The position numbers were made by a program, and so were the translations under genes. Below the pieces are notes generated by a model that was not told the origin of the DNA, searched no databases, and saw only the letters and a list, made by a program, of their open reading frames with translations. From IMG/VR virus record IMGVR_UViG_3300048583_000034, positions 1 to 64,000 of that record: a stretch of DNA of 64,000 bases, one strand, 5' to 3'. Positions 38,826-47,525 of the stretch are shown here, piece by piece (position 1 is the first letter of the stretch; each line of letters starts with the position of its first letter). This stretch comes from a virus.

Positions 38826-39069
38826 TAAGATTATTAAGGATGTTGGCCTAAAGGTAGCAATCATATAATGAGTAACGAATATACAACAAGAAATTAACCT
38901 AGGTGTAGGGAGAAATCGGTAGAGTATATCGGGGAAACTGGCTAGAGTTTGATATGTTTGGTCCCCTTAGCCAAAGGGACTTAATGATTATATAGATACA
39001 CTGGAAAATAATCAGATGCATATCAAGACCCGCAGAGTTTTTGGTGTAATAACACGCTTTCTAATCTTA
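38826..39069 (+). ncRNA. RNA containing a split mimic of the 23S rRNA uL11-binding domain (H43/H44)
   Basis: AGGATGTTGGCCTAAAGGTAGCAATCATATAATGAGT ... GTGTAATAACACGCT, closed by TAAGATTA/TAATCTTA. Confidence 0.8.
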
Positions 39070-39074
39070 TTAAT

Positions 39075-39145
39075 GTCTCGTTGGTCAAATGGTAAGGCGG
39101 CGGATTGCAAATTCGCAGTTGGGGGTTCGATTCCCTCACGGGACT
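39075..39145 (+). tRNA. tRNA-Cys(GCA)
   Basis: Cloverleaf, U73. Confidence 0.9.
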
Positions 39146-39185
39146 CTTGACTTCTTAAAACACTAGGTTACAATACGAATTCAAT

Positions 39186-39644
39186 ATGAATCAGCAATTA
39201 CTAGATCATGACTCTGAAACACTCAAGCATGTTAACTGTGTTCGAGAAAATTTATGGACTCTGATCAAAGAACTGGATAAGCGAGCACAAGTCCATGATG
39301 CTTCTAAATTTGAAGAACCTGAACGTAGTGTGTTTGCAGAGAATACTCCTAAGTTGGCAAGGACTGAATATGGCACACCAGAATATACAGAACTCCTAAA
39401 AGAAGTTAAGGTCGCCATTGATCATCATTATGCCAAGAACACTCACCATCCTGAGCATTGGCCAAATGGTATTGAGGATATGGATCTTTTGGACTTGGTG
39501 GAAATGTTGTCGGACTGGGCTGCTGCAACTAAAAGGAACAAGAATGGGAACATTCATAAATCGATTGAACACAACCAAACAAGATTTGGTATCAGTGAAC
39601 AGTTATCGAAAATCTTTACCAACACAGTGAATAGATATTTTTAA
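39186..39644 (+). CDS. HD-like protein (DUF5662-like)
   Basis: HDASK, HHY..N.HHPEH and EML.DW motifs. Confidence 0.7.
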   Translation: MNQQLLDHDSETLKHVNCVRENLWTLIKELDKRAQVHDASKFEEPERSVFAENTPKLARTEYGTPEYTELLKEVKVAIDHHYAKNTHHPEHWPNGIEDMDLLDLVEMLSDWAAATKRNKNGNIHKSIEHNQTRFGISEQLSKIFTNTVNRYF

Positions 39645-39645
39645 T

Positions 39646-39912
39646 ATGACTACTACAAAATTAGAACTTGGCGACTATGTCGAATATAGGGATTACCTCT
39701 TTGAGGTGATGATGGATAAAGAGGGTAAGGGAAGATTGGAATTGGAACATACAAAAGATTGGTATTATGGTGAAAGAATACCGATGAACGAAGTAGACCA
39801 ATCCCAATGTATGGTGGTTAGAGATCATAAAAATTGGAAATGGTCTCCAAAGCAAAAAATGCATGGTTTCGGGTGGTCAATAAATCCAAGATATCAATAT
39901 ATCCCAGCATGA
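39646..39912 (+). CDS. Hypothetical protein
   Basis: ORF track. Confidence 0.55.
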   Translation: MTTTKLELGDYVEYRDYLFEVMMDKEGKGRLELEHTKDWYYGERIPMNEVDQSQCMVVRDHKNWKWSPKQKMHGFGWSINPRYQYIPA

Positions 39913-40451
39913 AGTTCACACAACTCTTAAGAAGTGTTCTCTTAACTGAGAACTCCAAACCAAGATCTTATTCTTGTCTAATGGTAGATTGCACAGACTT
40001 TGAAAAACACTTGAAAGTTATTCAAGATGGAATCGAGAAACAAGATCTATATGATGAAGAAGGATATGGTCTTGAGAAAGAACCACACATCACAGTTCTC
40101 TATGGGATTCATGAACAAGATCCAACAGTTGTAAAACAATCTTTGGATCTTGTTCCGGTTGAGTATGAACTCACTGGACTCTCATTATTTGAAAATGATA
40201 AGTATGATGTCCTCAAATGTTCAGTCAAATCCAAAGATCTAAAAGCTTTGAATAAGCAATGTTGTGAGAACCTAGAGTTCACCAACGATTATCCTGATTA
40301 TATCCCTCACCTAACGGTGGCATATTTGAATCCGGGTGCTGGTAAGAAATATGTTAAGACGAAGTCCGAAGGATTCGGTAAAGAATATAAGTCGGGAAAA
40401 TTCATCTTCTCAAATAAAGATTCGAAGAAAACAAATTGGACTATCTCATAA
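39909..40451 (+). CDS. 2H phosphoesterase (T4 gp57B-like)
   Basis: Two HxT motifs: PHITVLYG and PHLTVAY. Confidence 0.85.
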   Translation: MKFTQLLRSVLLTENSKPRSYSCLMVDCTDFEKHLKVIQDGIEKQDLYDEEGYGLEKEPHITVLYGIHEQDPTVVKQSLDLVPVEYELTGLSLFENDKYDVLKCSVKSKDLKALNKQCCENLEFTNDYPDYIPHLTVAYLNPGAGKKYVKTKSEGFGKEYKSGKFIFSNKDSKKTNWTIS

Positions 40452-40473
40452 AACACTAGGTTATAATTGTGAT

Positions 40474-41007
40474 ATGTGGTATCCAATCAATCCTCAATAC
40501 GATAGAGGTCTCCCAATCAACGCCCATCCGGGTGCATTTGGAAATGCTCGTAAATATAACTTCCATGAAGGCATCGATCTTTATGGAAAAGAAGGAATGT
40601 TTGTTTATGCTATTCATTCTGGAGTAGTTGTTTCAAATGAAAGATTTACTGGTCCTTCTGTTGGCCACGATTGGTGGCTTGAGACAGACGCAGTGACGAT
40701 CAAATCCGATACTGAATACTTTGTCTACGGAGAACTCAAGAGCGATTTAAAGGTTGGTGATGAAGTTAAATGGGGTCAAGTGATTGGGGAATTAGTTCCA
40801 GTCCTTCCACCTGAAAAAATTCGATCATACATTCCCCAACACTCGAATGTTATGCTTCACTTAGAAAAGTGGAACTTTAAATATCCGGGTCAATGGAAAG
40901 CTTGGACAACCAGAGAAGATAGACCTGAATGGTTGGAAGATCCAACACCAGATCTTATTAATATCTTAACTAAAGCACATCAAAAAGTATTTTTTCTGAC
41001 GGTATGA
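40474..41007 (+). CDS. M23-family peptidase
   Basis: HEGIDL, VYAIHSGVV, KVGDEV and LHLE motifs; start follows a CACTAG promoter. Confidence 0.75.
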   Translation: MWYPINPQYDRGLPINAHPGAFGNARKYNFHEGIDLYGKEGMFVYAIHSGVVVSNERFTGPSVGHDWWLETDAVTIKSDTEYFVYGELKSDLKVGDEVKWGQVIGELVPVLPPEKIRSYIPQHSNVMLHLEKWNFKYPGQWKAWTTREDRPEWLEDPTPDLINILTKAHQKVFFLTV

Positions 41008-41294
41008 CTACATACACACTATATGAATCAGCATCCACGGATGGTTACACTACATCCGGTGATGGTAAGTATTTCCTCAGTGAAAAGGATGCTGGTAGCC
41101 ATGCTTATTATAAGCATGGTGGACATGGTAGAGTGATTTCACACCATTATATCGTTCGCATAAACGAAGAATACTATAAATTAGTATCACCAAATCCTGT
41201 CGTTCTATATGGGTCTAAACAATATACCGAATTATTAAAGCAGAGAGCATTTGATAAATTAACTAGAGAGGAGCAAGAGGCTTTAGGATTATGA
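41004..41294 (+). CDS. Hypothetical protein
   Basis: C-terminal RAFDKLTREEQEALGL, a common phage motif. Confidence 0.6.
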   Translation: MTTYTLYESASTDGYTTSGDGKYFLSEKDAGSHAYYKHGGHGRVISHHYIVRINEEYYKLVSPNPVVLYGSKQYTELLKQRAFDKLTREEQEALGL

Positions 41295-41944
41295 AAATTT
41301 TAATAACTAGCGGAGGATGCAAAGTCCCCATTGATGATGTGAGAAACATTGGAAACTTTTCATCTGGAAGATATGGTTCATCTATAGCTGAACACTTTAC
41401 AGATAAAGAAAATGTAGATATCATCTTCTTTCACGAAAGAGGAACTAACCATACACAATACGGCCCTGTGGATGTAGAGCTATATAATAATTCTCGTATA
41501 AGATTTATCGAGTATAAAGATTATTACGATTATCTTAAAGTAAAAGATCTTATCAAAGAAGAGCAACCAGACATCATTATCTCCGCAGCGGCAATCTCTG
41601 ATTACATCGTAGATAAAACTGAAGGGAAGATTTCTTCGGATGGTGATGAACTCGTTATCAGATTGAGGAAAGGTGAGAAAGTTATTAAAAGCTTTAGATC
41701 GCTCGCTCCAAACGCCATCATTGTAGGATTCAAACTTTTAGTTAGCCCTAATTCCGAGGAAGTTCAAAATGCTATCTCCAAAGTCTTCAAAGCTGAAGTT
41801 GATTATGTTGTCTTCAACGATTTAACCGAACTTCGAAAAGGAAATCAGAGAAGAGTAGCGATTGGAAAGTTTGATTCATTTTATAGCGAGATTCCAGAAG
41901 CCAAAGACTTAGTCGAGTTATTAATTAAAAGGGTTTACCCATGA
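41291..41944 (+). CDS. coaB: Phosphopantothenate-cysteine ligase
   Basis: ITSGG..VPIDDVR.I.NFSSG..G, AAAISDY and VGFKL motifs. Confidence 0.88.
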   Translation: MKILITSGGCKVPIDDVRNIGNFSSGRYGSSIAEHFTDKENVDIIFFHERGTNHTQYGPVDVELYNNSRIRFIEYKDYYDYLKVKDLIKEEQPDIIISAAAISDYIVDKTEGKISSDGDELVIRLRKGEKVIKSFRSLAPNAIIVGFKLLVSPNSEEVQNAISKVFKAEVDYVVFNDLTELRKGNQRRVAIGKFDSFYSEIPEAKDLVELLIKRVYP

Positions 41945-42456
41945 ATGTATTACTAGGAGTAACTGGAAGTGTTGCGGCAACACTGAATCCGAAGCTGGAA
42001 TATGCTATGAAGGATGCTGATCATATTATCAGAACTGTCTTAACCGAGTCTGCTAAGAGATTCACATATTCTACTCAAACATCATATGATGATGAAGATG
42101 AATGGAGATATTATGAGGCAGAATCTAGAGTTCTGCATATTGACTTAGTCAAATGGGCCGATATATTCTTGATTGCTCCTTGCACTGCCAACACCCTTTC
42201 AAAAATCGAAGTCGGTATTTGTGATAATCTTTTAACATCTTGTGTCAGAGCTTGGCCTATGGATAAGAGGAGAATCATATTAGCACCTGCAATGAATACA
42301 GAGATGTGGAACAAACCACATATCGATAGACAATATGATTCTATGGCAAGATCTGGTAATTATGATTGGGTTATGCCAGTGGAAAAGAAATTATATTGTG
42401 GAGACACAGGCATTGGTGCCATGGCAGATATTAGAGATATTATAAAAAGATTATGA
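41941..42456 (+). CDS. coaC: Phosphopantothenoylcysteine decarboxylase (HFCD flavoprotein)
   Basis: GVTGSVA, LHIDL, APCTANTL, PAMN and L.CGD.G.G motifs. Confidence 0.9.
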   Translation: MNVLLGVTGSVAATLNPKLEYAMKDADHIIRTVLTESAKRFTYSTQTSYDDEDEWRYYEAESRVLHIDLVKWADIFLIAPCTANTLSKIEVGICDNLLTSCVRAWPMDKRRIILAPAMNTEMWNKPHIDRQYDSMARSGNYDWVMPVEKKLYCGDTGIGAMADIRDIIKRL

Positions 42457-42857
42457 GTAAACAAATAGAATTGGTGGAGGAATTGTTTGACGAGTTACAT
42501 GAATTAGCAGTCTGGGAGGGTTGCGAAACTGGGGATTTGTGTCATAGTCTGATGGATATTTGGGAAGGTTATAGCTCATACATGTCATTAGACCTTCAGC
42601 AATCATTAGAGAATGAGATTAGATTACTGTATGGAATTTTAAAAGAACAAAAGGATGAAGAGGATGCTGAGAAAGAATTAGCCAAACAAATCTTCGGACC
42701 AGCTACAAGGATCTCGATGAAAATCAATGATCTCACCTTTGAAGTTACTCTCAAAAGAGAAGTAAATAATAGAGACCATAAAGACATGGCACTAGCTCTT
42801 AAGGAAGTTGTTGCGATGTTGGAAGCTGAAGAAGTAGAAGACCCAGATATTTTTTGA
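42453..42857 (+). CDS. Hypothetical acidic protein
   Basis: ORF track. Confidence 0.55.
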   Translation: MSKQIELVEELFDELHELAVWEGCETGDLCHSLMDIWEGYSSYMSLDLQQSLENEIRLLYGILKEQKDEEDAEKELAKQIFGPATRISMKINDLTFEVTLKREVNNRDHKDMALALKEVVAMLEAEEVEDPDIF

Positions 42858-42861
42858 TACG

Positions 42862-43311
42862 GTGAAGATGCAATTAGTAAAGATTAAACTAATCCACCCG
42901 GATGCTAAGGTTCCATTCAGACACCACAACAACGATGCTTGTTATGATTGTGTTGCTGTGGGTAAGACAGACATGGGTAATGGTATTATCAAGTATGACT
43001 TGGGATTTGCTCTGGAGATCCCAGAGAACACACAAGTAGATTTCAGACCGAGATCATCCGTATATAAAACTGGTCTATCCCTAAGCAACTGTATTGTTAC
43101 AGGAGATGAAGGATACCGTGGTGAATATATGGTGGTATTCTATCATGTTCTACCACAACTTCCAGCTTACGAAATTGGTGATAGGATTGTTCAGATGCAA
43201 ATTAGAACAAGAGAAGACTGTGTTTTTGAGATCGTGGAAGAAATGTCTGACTCTAGTAGAGCGACAGGTGGATTTGGTTCTACGGATTTACTAACCCCAC
43301 CGACTAAATAA
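42862..43311 (+). CDS. dut: dUTPase
   Basis: ACYD, PRSS, DEGYRGE, GDRIVQ and RATGGFGST motifs. Confidence 0.9.
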   Translation: MKMQLVKIKLIHPDAKVPFRHHNNDACYDCVAVGKTDMGNGIIKYDLGFALEIPENTQVDFRPRSSVYKTGLSLSNCIVTGDEGYRGEYMVVFYHVLPQLPAYEIGDRIVQMQIRTREDCVFEIVEEMSDSSRATGGFGSTDLLTPPTK

Positions 43312-43315
43312 CTAT

Positions 43316-44020
43316 GTGTTCAATAAAGTAACAATAAATGAAGAGGAGACAATTCGTAGGTATGGGTATCTACCAAAAGAGAATAACCGAGACGGTAATA
43401 AAATGTGTGTTGTTAAATGCACACACTGTTCAAAGTTAATAGATCGTCAGTTTTCTAATAAAGATTCTATGCATAGTTGTCCTATAATAGATGGACAAAA
43501 TAAAAAATGTTTTAAGTGTAAAACTTGGAAAGATTATTCCCTTTTTGTAAAAAATAAAAAGGGAAGTGGTGGGGTGGGAAAATTGTGTAGAGAGTGTTAT
43601 AATAACTATGATTGTGTTAAACTAGCGGATAAAAGAAAGAACGAAAGATTGAAGTCGTCATTCACCAATGATCTCAATTTATACTTATCTAAACGCGAGA
43701 GTCAGATCAAACATCAAGCCAAATATAGGGGACATGAATATGATTTAGATGTTGAATATGTTCGAGAATTGTGGGATACCCAAAATGGGAAATGTTATTA
43801 CACCGGATTGGACATGATAGCAGATGGTAGAGTAAATGGCTTTCAGGGTTGGAATTGTCCATCATTTGATAGAAAGTCTCCAGAGTTGGGTTATGTAAAA
43901 GGAAATGTGGTGTGGTGTTGTTTTGCAGTGAATTCGTTTAAACAAAGCTTAAGCGAATCAGAATTTGGGGAAAAAATTAAATCTATAACATGGCCATTTT
44001 TAAACAAATCAAATTTGTAG
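43316..44020 (+). CDS. HNH-like homing endonuclease
   Basis: QNGKCYYTG, SFDR and GYVKGNVVWCC..VN..K motifs. Confidence 0.75.
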   Translation: MFNKVTINEEETIRRYGYLPKENNRDGNKMCVVKCTHCSKLIDRQFSNKDSMHSCPIIDGQNKKCFKCKTWKDYSLFVKNKKGSGGVGKLCRECYNNYDCVKLADKRKNERLKSSFTNDLNLYLSKRESQIKHQAKYRGHEYDLDVEYVRELWDTQNGKCYYTGLDMIADGRVNGFQGWNCPSFDRKSPELGYVKGNVVWCCFAVNSFKQSLSESEFGEKIKSITWPFLNKSNL

Positions 44021-44021
44021 T

Positions 44022-44330
44022 ATGAACGAGAAGATCTTAAACTTATACAACCAGATGGAATGTGTTGGTCTTCAAGATGGTGCGTCGTTCAAAGCTGTTA
44101 TCATGGTGTATGGTAAGTGTATGAACTCCGAAATTTCGTGTGACAAGTATGCGAAATTTCTGATCAACGACTTCAAAGCTTTAGAAAACAAAATAGGGAC
44201 AAGCATCTACACTATCGTAGACCCATTGAAACTTAGGACTCTTTTTTCTATATCGGAGCAATATAATTGGTTCAACAGAAAAGAACTCGTTTCCTTTGTA
44301 GACTATTATATCTCAAGGGATCTCCCATGA
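44022..44330 (+). CDS. Hypothetical protein
   Basis: ORF track. Confidence 0.55.
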   Translation: MNEKILNLYNQMECVGLQDGASFKAVIMVYGKCMNSEISCDKYAKFLINDFKALENKIGTSIYTIVDPLKLRTLFSISEQYNWFNRKELVSFVDYYISRDLP

Positions 44331-44456
44331 GAATCCGATGTCTGCACCTTTATACTCTCCTTGTTCACCAGTTTTAAACTCTGTAGTGACTTTGTTGGGG
44401 ACTGGAGCACATGCCAGTAGAGACAGAGATATAATAATCACTAATGAAATTTTCAT
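44313..44456 (-). CDS. 47-aa lipoprotein at the end of the lysis cassette (not in ORF track)
   Basis: MKISLVIIISLSLLAC-APVPNK... lipobox. Confidence 0.6.
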   Translation of the reverse strand: MKISLVIIISLSLLACAPVPNKVTTEFKTGEQGEYKGADIGFSWEIP

Positions 44457-44462
44457 AACTAA

Positions 44463-45245
44463 TTAAAGATTAGCTGCTTGCATGTGCATAAAATCGTAGT
44501 TTCTGGCTTTACCTAAAGAAGTCCATCCTTCGGCTTCGACAATTTTCCAGAATGGTGCATATTCAGGACGAGCAAAGTATGCTCTAGTTTTATCCCACTT
44601 CAATTGATTTCTATCTGGGTCAAGATCGATGGCAGCACCCCAAGAGTGGATACTCCAAGAGCTTCCACCTCTCATCTTACGAACGTTTAGACATCCACCG
44701 AAAGAGTCTAGTTTAAGTTCTTTGATAGTCGCTATACCATAATGGTCAAGTGTATTCTTTAGAATTCTTTCTAAAGAATCATGAACCTTTTCGTGGCAGG
44801 TGATTTTTGAAACCACCGAATCTTTATCCCATGCAAGATACATCGGATATGGTAGTTGTAGAGAAGTTTGGTTTGTTCCAACTTTACCATAAAATTTAAC
44901 CATACTATCGTAATCTTGCTTAGGCCAATCGTTATATCTTTTCTTGATATCTACGACTTGCGATACTTCTGGTTTTTTATAAACCAAACTATCCTTTTTC
45001 AAGAGTTTTTCGTAAGCAGCTTCAGTCATGTTTCCCCACAGGCCATCAATCTCTCCCACTTGAATACCGGCGCGGATAGCAGCCACTTGGATAATACCAG
45101 CGACTAATCTTTCAGAGTTCCATGTCCCCGGAAAATTGTAATATTTATATGCGGCAGTTTGACTAACTTTACCAAAATCCCCATCTACTTTGCCAGTATA
45201 TAAACCAGCGTCCTTCAAAATAGTTTGTGCTAGTTTAGTTTTCAT
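44463..45245 (-). CDS. Endolysin: peptidoglycan-binding domains plus M15 peptidase
   Basis: VDGDFG and IDGLWG repeats; SIHSWGAAIDL and DFMH motifs. Confidence 0.9.
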   Translation of the reverse strand: MKTKLAQTILKDAGLYTGKVDGDFGKVSQTAAYKYYNFPGTWNSERLVAGIIQVAAIRAGIQVGEIDGLWGNMTEAAYEKLLKKDSLVYKKPEVSQVVDIKKRYNDWPKQDYDSMVKFYGKVGTNQTSLQLPYPMYLAWDKDSVVSKITCHEKVHDSLERILKNTLDHYGIATIKELKLDSFGGCLNVRKMRGGSSWSIHSWGAAIDLDPDRNQLKWDKTRAYFARPEYAPFWKIVEAEGWTSLGKARNYDFMHMQAANL

Positions 45246-45631
45246 CTGAATGCTTGTGTGTCATCTTGTTCTACCCATTCTAAAGGAGCATAACTTGGAT
45301 CGTTTGCGTAATCGTTTCTATATTGTAGAATAATGTTTTGATCTGGAATAGAATTATCTTCTTTCGAAATAATGATTCTCTTGGTTTCTTCTTTGACTTC
45401 TGTTTCCTTAATAGATTTGACACTATAAGCTTTAACCCAAGAATCACCAGAAGCACCCAAGATAAACAAGGAACCGATGGCTAGGAAGAATTGCATATAT
45501 GGGGTCGGGTCAAATGCCACACCAATATAAACGTTTACTATTAAAACAATAAACGCACACCCGATGAAGACTGCACTCCAACGTTGTCTGTTTCCTTCGA
45601 AGAATTTTTCCTTACTTAAAGGGTCTCTCAT
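45242..45631 (-). CDS. Putative holin (2 TM)
   Basis: Two hydrophobic helices; directly precedes the endolysin. Confidence 0.6.
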   Translation of the reverse strand: MRDPLSKEKFFEGNRQRWSAVFIGCAFIVLIVNVYIGVAFDPTPYMQFFLAIGSLFILGASGDSWVKAYSVKSIKETEVKEETKRIIISKEDNSIPDQNIILQYRNDYANDPSYAPLEWVEQDDTQAFR

Positions 45632-45633
45632 AA

Positions 45634-46362
45634 TCAGATTCTAAATTTGGCTATTGGGAAATAAATCATCAATATGTTTTTAATAATGGTCCATGCGATG
45701 AACCCGACAGCTAACCCGATAACCCACTTGCGATATACATCAGCCTTAGCAGATTTTTGTTTTTCTTTAGTTAATTGGCTTTGTAATTGTGTTACTTCAT
45801 CATTTTTCTTTCCTAGTGAAAGTCCTAAGAAATTATTCTGTGCTCTCAAATTATCAGCTTCGGATTCCTTAGCTAATAATTTTTGTTGAGTGATAGAAGC
45901 ATTCTCTCTGGTTTCTTTAAGAATTTTTTCTTGATTTTTCGTAAGTTCATTTAAGTCTGAGTTTTGTTTTTCGATGAATAGGTTTCTAGCTTTTACCACC
46001 TTTAGGTTCTCTATATGTAGAGAAAGAGTAGCGTCGATAACCGCAGTATCAGGATTTTTCAATCCCTCCTTGATTTTCTCTGCTTCTGTGATAACTTCCA
46101 CTATAGCTATTTGCTGATCTGTAATTTCTTTCTTCTGTTCACCAATTTTTTTGTCGATATTCTGATTGGATTTAATTACGGTGTCGATTCCATCTGAAAC
46201 CTTTTTCAACTGTGGAACAACACTCTCTGTTTTTGGAGGTGGTGGTGGAACATTAGTTGGGGATGTTATAGGTTGAGCACATCCAAATAATACAAAAGCA
46301 TATACTAAAACACTAGCCAATACTGTGTTCCTCTTTAATTTGGTGCGTTTCTTATAATTCAT
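45634..46362 (-). CDS. Putative unimolecular spanin
   Basis: Lipobox LFGC, Pro-rich linker, coiled coil, C-terminal TM. Confidence 0.6.
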   Translation of the reverse strand: MNYKKRTKLKRNTVLASVLVYAFVLFGCAQPITSPTNVPPPPPKTESVVPQLKKVSDGIDTVIKSNQNIDKKIGEQKKEITDQQIAIVEVITEAEKIKEGLKNPDTAVIDATLSLHIENLKVVKARNLFIEKQNSDLNELTKNQEKILKETRENASITQQKLLAKESEADNLRAQNNFLGLSLGKKNDEVTQLQSQLTKEKQKSAKADVYRKWVIGLAVGFIAWTIIKNILMIYFPIAKFRI

Positions 46363-46691
46363 CTTTGTTCTTTTAATATTTGTTTTATTTCCACTAAAGA
46401 CTCTTTGATAGCGATACCATTGTCTTCTAGTCTAGTAACTCTTAAATCCAATCTATTGTAATTAGTATCTAAAACATTCTTTGCTATATTCCAATCACTA
46501 TTAGTAAATTTAGATCCCTCAAAAGAGGCTTGAGAAATTTCTATTTGTTGAATCTTTGTTTCCAATGCGGAAATTTTGCCCCATGCTTGGTTTAAAAACC
46601 AAGATGACGCAGCGATTGAAACAGACATAGCGATAGGGAGCAATTTACTAAGCCATGCAGGTTCTTTTTGTTCTGTGTGTCGATAAGTCAT
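46359..46691 (-). CDS. Single-TM coiled-coil protein of the lysis cassette
   Basis: Start trimmed to MTYRH, downstream of TAAATA. Confidence 0.55.
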   Translation of the reverse strand: MTYRHTEQKEPAWLSKLLPIAMSVSIAASSWFLNQAWGKISALETKIQQIEISQASFEGSKFTNSDWNIAKNVLDTNYNRLDLRVTRLEDNGIAIKESLVEIKQILKEQR

Positions 46692-46755
46692 AATCCGGGT
46701 GTAATAATATTTAATCATTGACTTGTCAATTATCTTCAAACTCCTAAATAGAAAA

Positions 46756-47118
46756 ATGAGAATTATAATTACACTAATAATAGGTTTTGTGTCACTAACT
46801 TCCTCATTAGGAAACCAAACAGGAGAGGCTTCTTGGTATGCTATTAAATGTAATGGTGGGACTAGAACAGCTAGTGGTGAAAAGTTGGTAGATTCTGCGT
46901 CAACAGCAGCACATAAAACTCTTCCCTTTGGGACTCTTGTGAAGGTGACGAATTTGAACAATGGAAAAAGTGAAATTGTTAAAATTAATAACAGGGGGCC
47001 ATTTATTAAAGGTAGGATAATCGACGTTACCGTAGGAGTAGCCGAACGGTTGGGCTTTAAGAAAAATGGTGTAGCTAAGGTAAAAGTAGAAGTTGTAGGT
47101 AAAGTAACGACAAAATGA
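46756..47118 (+). CDS. rlpA: RlpA-like double-psi beta-barrel lytic transglycosylase
   Basis: GEASWY, TASGE, TAAHKTLPFGT and INNRGPF..GRIID motifs. Confidence 0.9.
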   Translation: MRIIITLIIGFVSLTSSLGNQTGEASWYAIKCNGGTRTASGEKLVDSASTAAHKTLPFGTLVKVTNLNNGKSEIVKINNRGPFIKGRIIDVTVGVAERLGFKKNGVAKVKVEVVGKVTTK

Positions 47119-47498
47119 AATTTAAAATCTGGAACAATATATTGGAAAAGTTTGTGGATGGTTCGGAGTGGTATGTTAATCCATCTGGTCAAGTATTTTT
47201 TGAAGATATGATGAATGGTGGGTTGGTGATGGCAGTAGATGACATATATAAAGTTTTGAGGTTTACTGGTCTACACGACTTATATGGCCAAGAAATTTAT
47301 GAGGGAGATTTGGTCTCTTTATATTACCATCACGAAAATATCAAAGTGGATGTGTATGAGATCAAGTATGGTTCTGGTAAATGGATGCTTGATGATTGGG
47401 AGTGTTTGACGGAATACTACCTAGACCACACCCCAAAGTTTGGGGATGTTTGTCGAGTGGTAAAAATTGGGAATGTTTTCGAGAAGCGTGTTGACTAA
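47115..47498 (+). CDS. YopX-family protein
   Basis: FTGLHD..GQEIYEGD and IGNVFE motifs. Confidence 0.8.
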   Translation: MKFKIWNNILEKFVDGSEWYVNPSGQVFFEDMMNGGLVMAVDDIYKVLRFTGLHDLYGQEIYEGDLVSLYYHHENIKVDVYEIKYGSGKWMLDDWECLTEYYLDHTPKFGDVCRVVKIGNVFEKRVD

Positions 47499-47525
47499 TC
47501 TCGTCTTTGTGTTATAATTAATCCA

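Noticed and set aside
38826-39069. rRNA gene or host contamination
   Set aside because: Similarity is confined to two short blocks split by an insert, shows compensatory changes, and is flanked by phage tRNAs
46692-47192. N-terminal 166 codons of the 277-aa minus-strand ORF
   Set aside because: Antisense shadow of rlpA; the likely start is 46691
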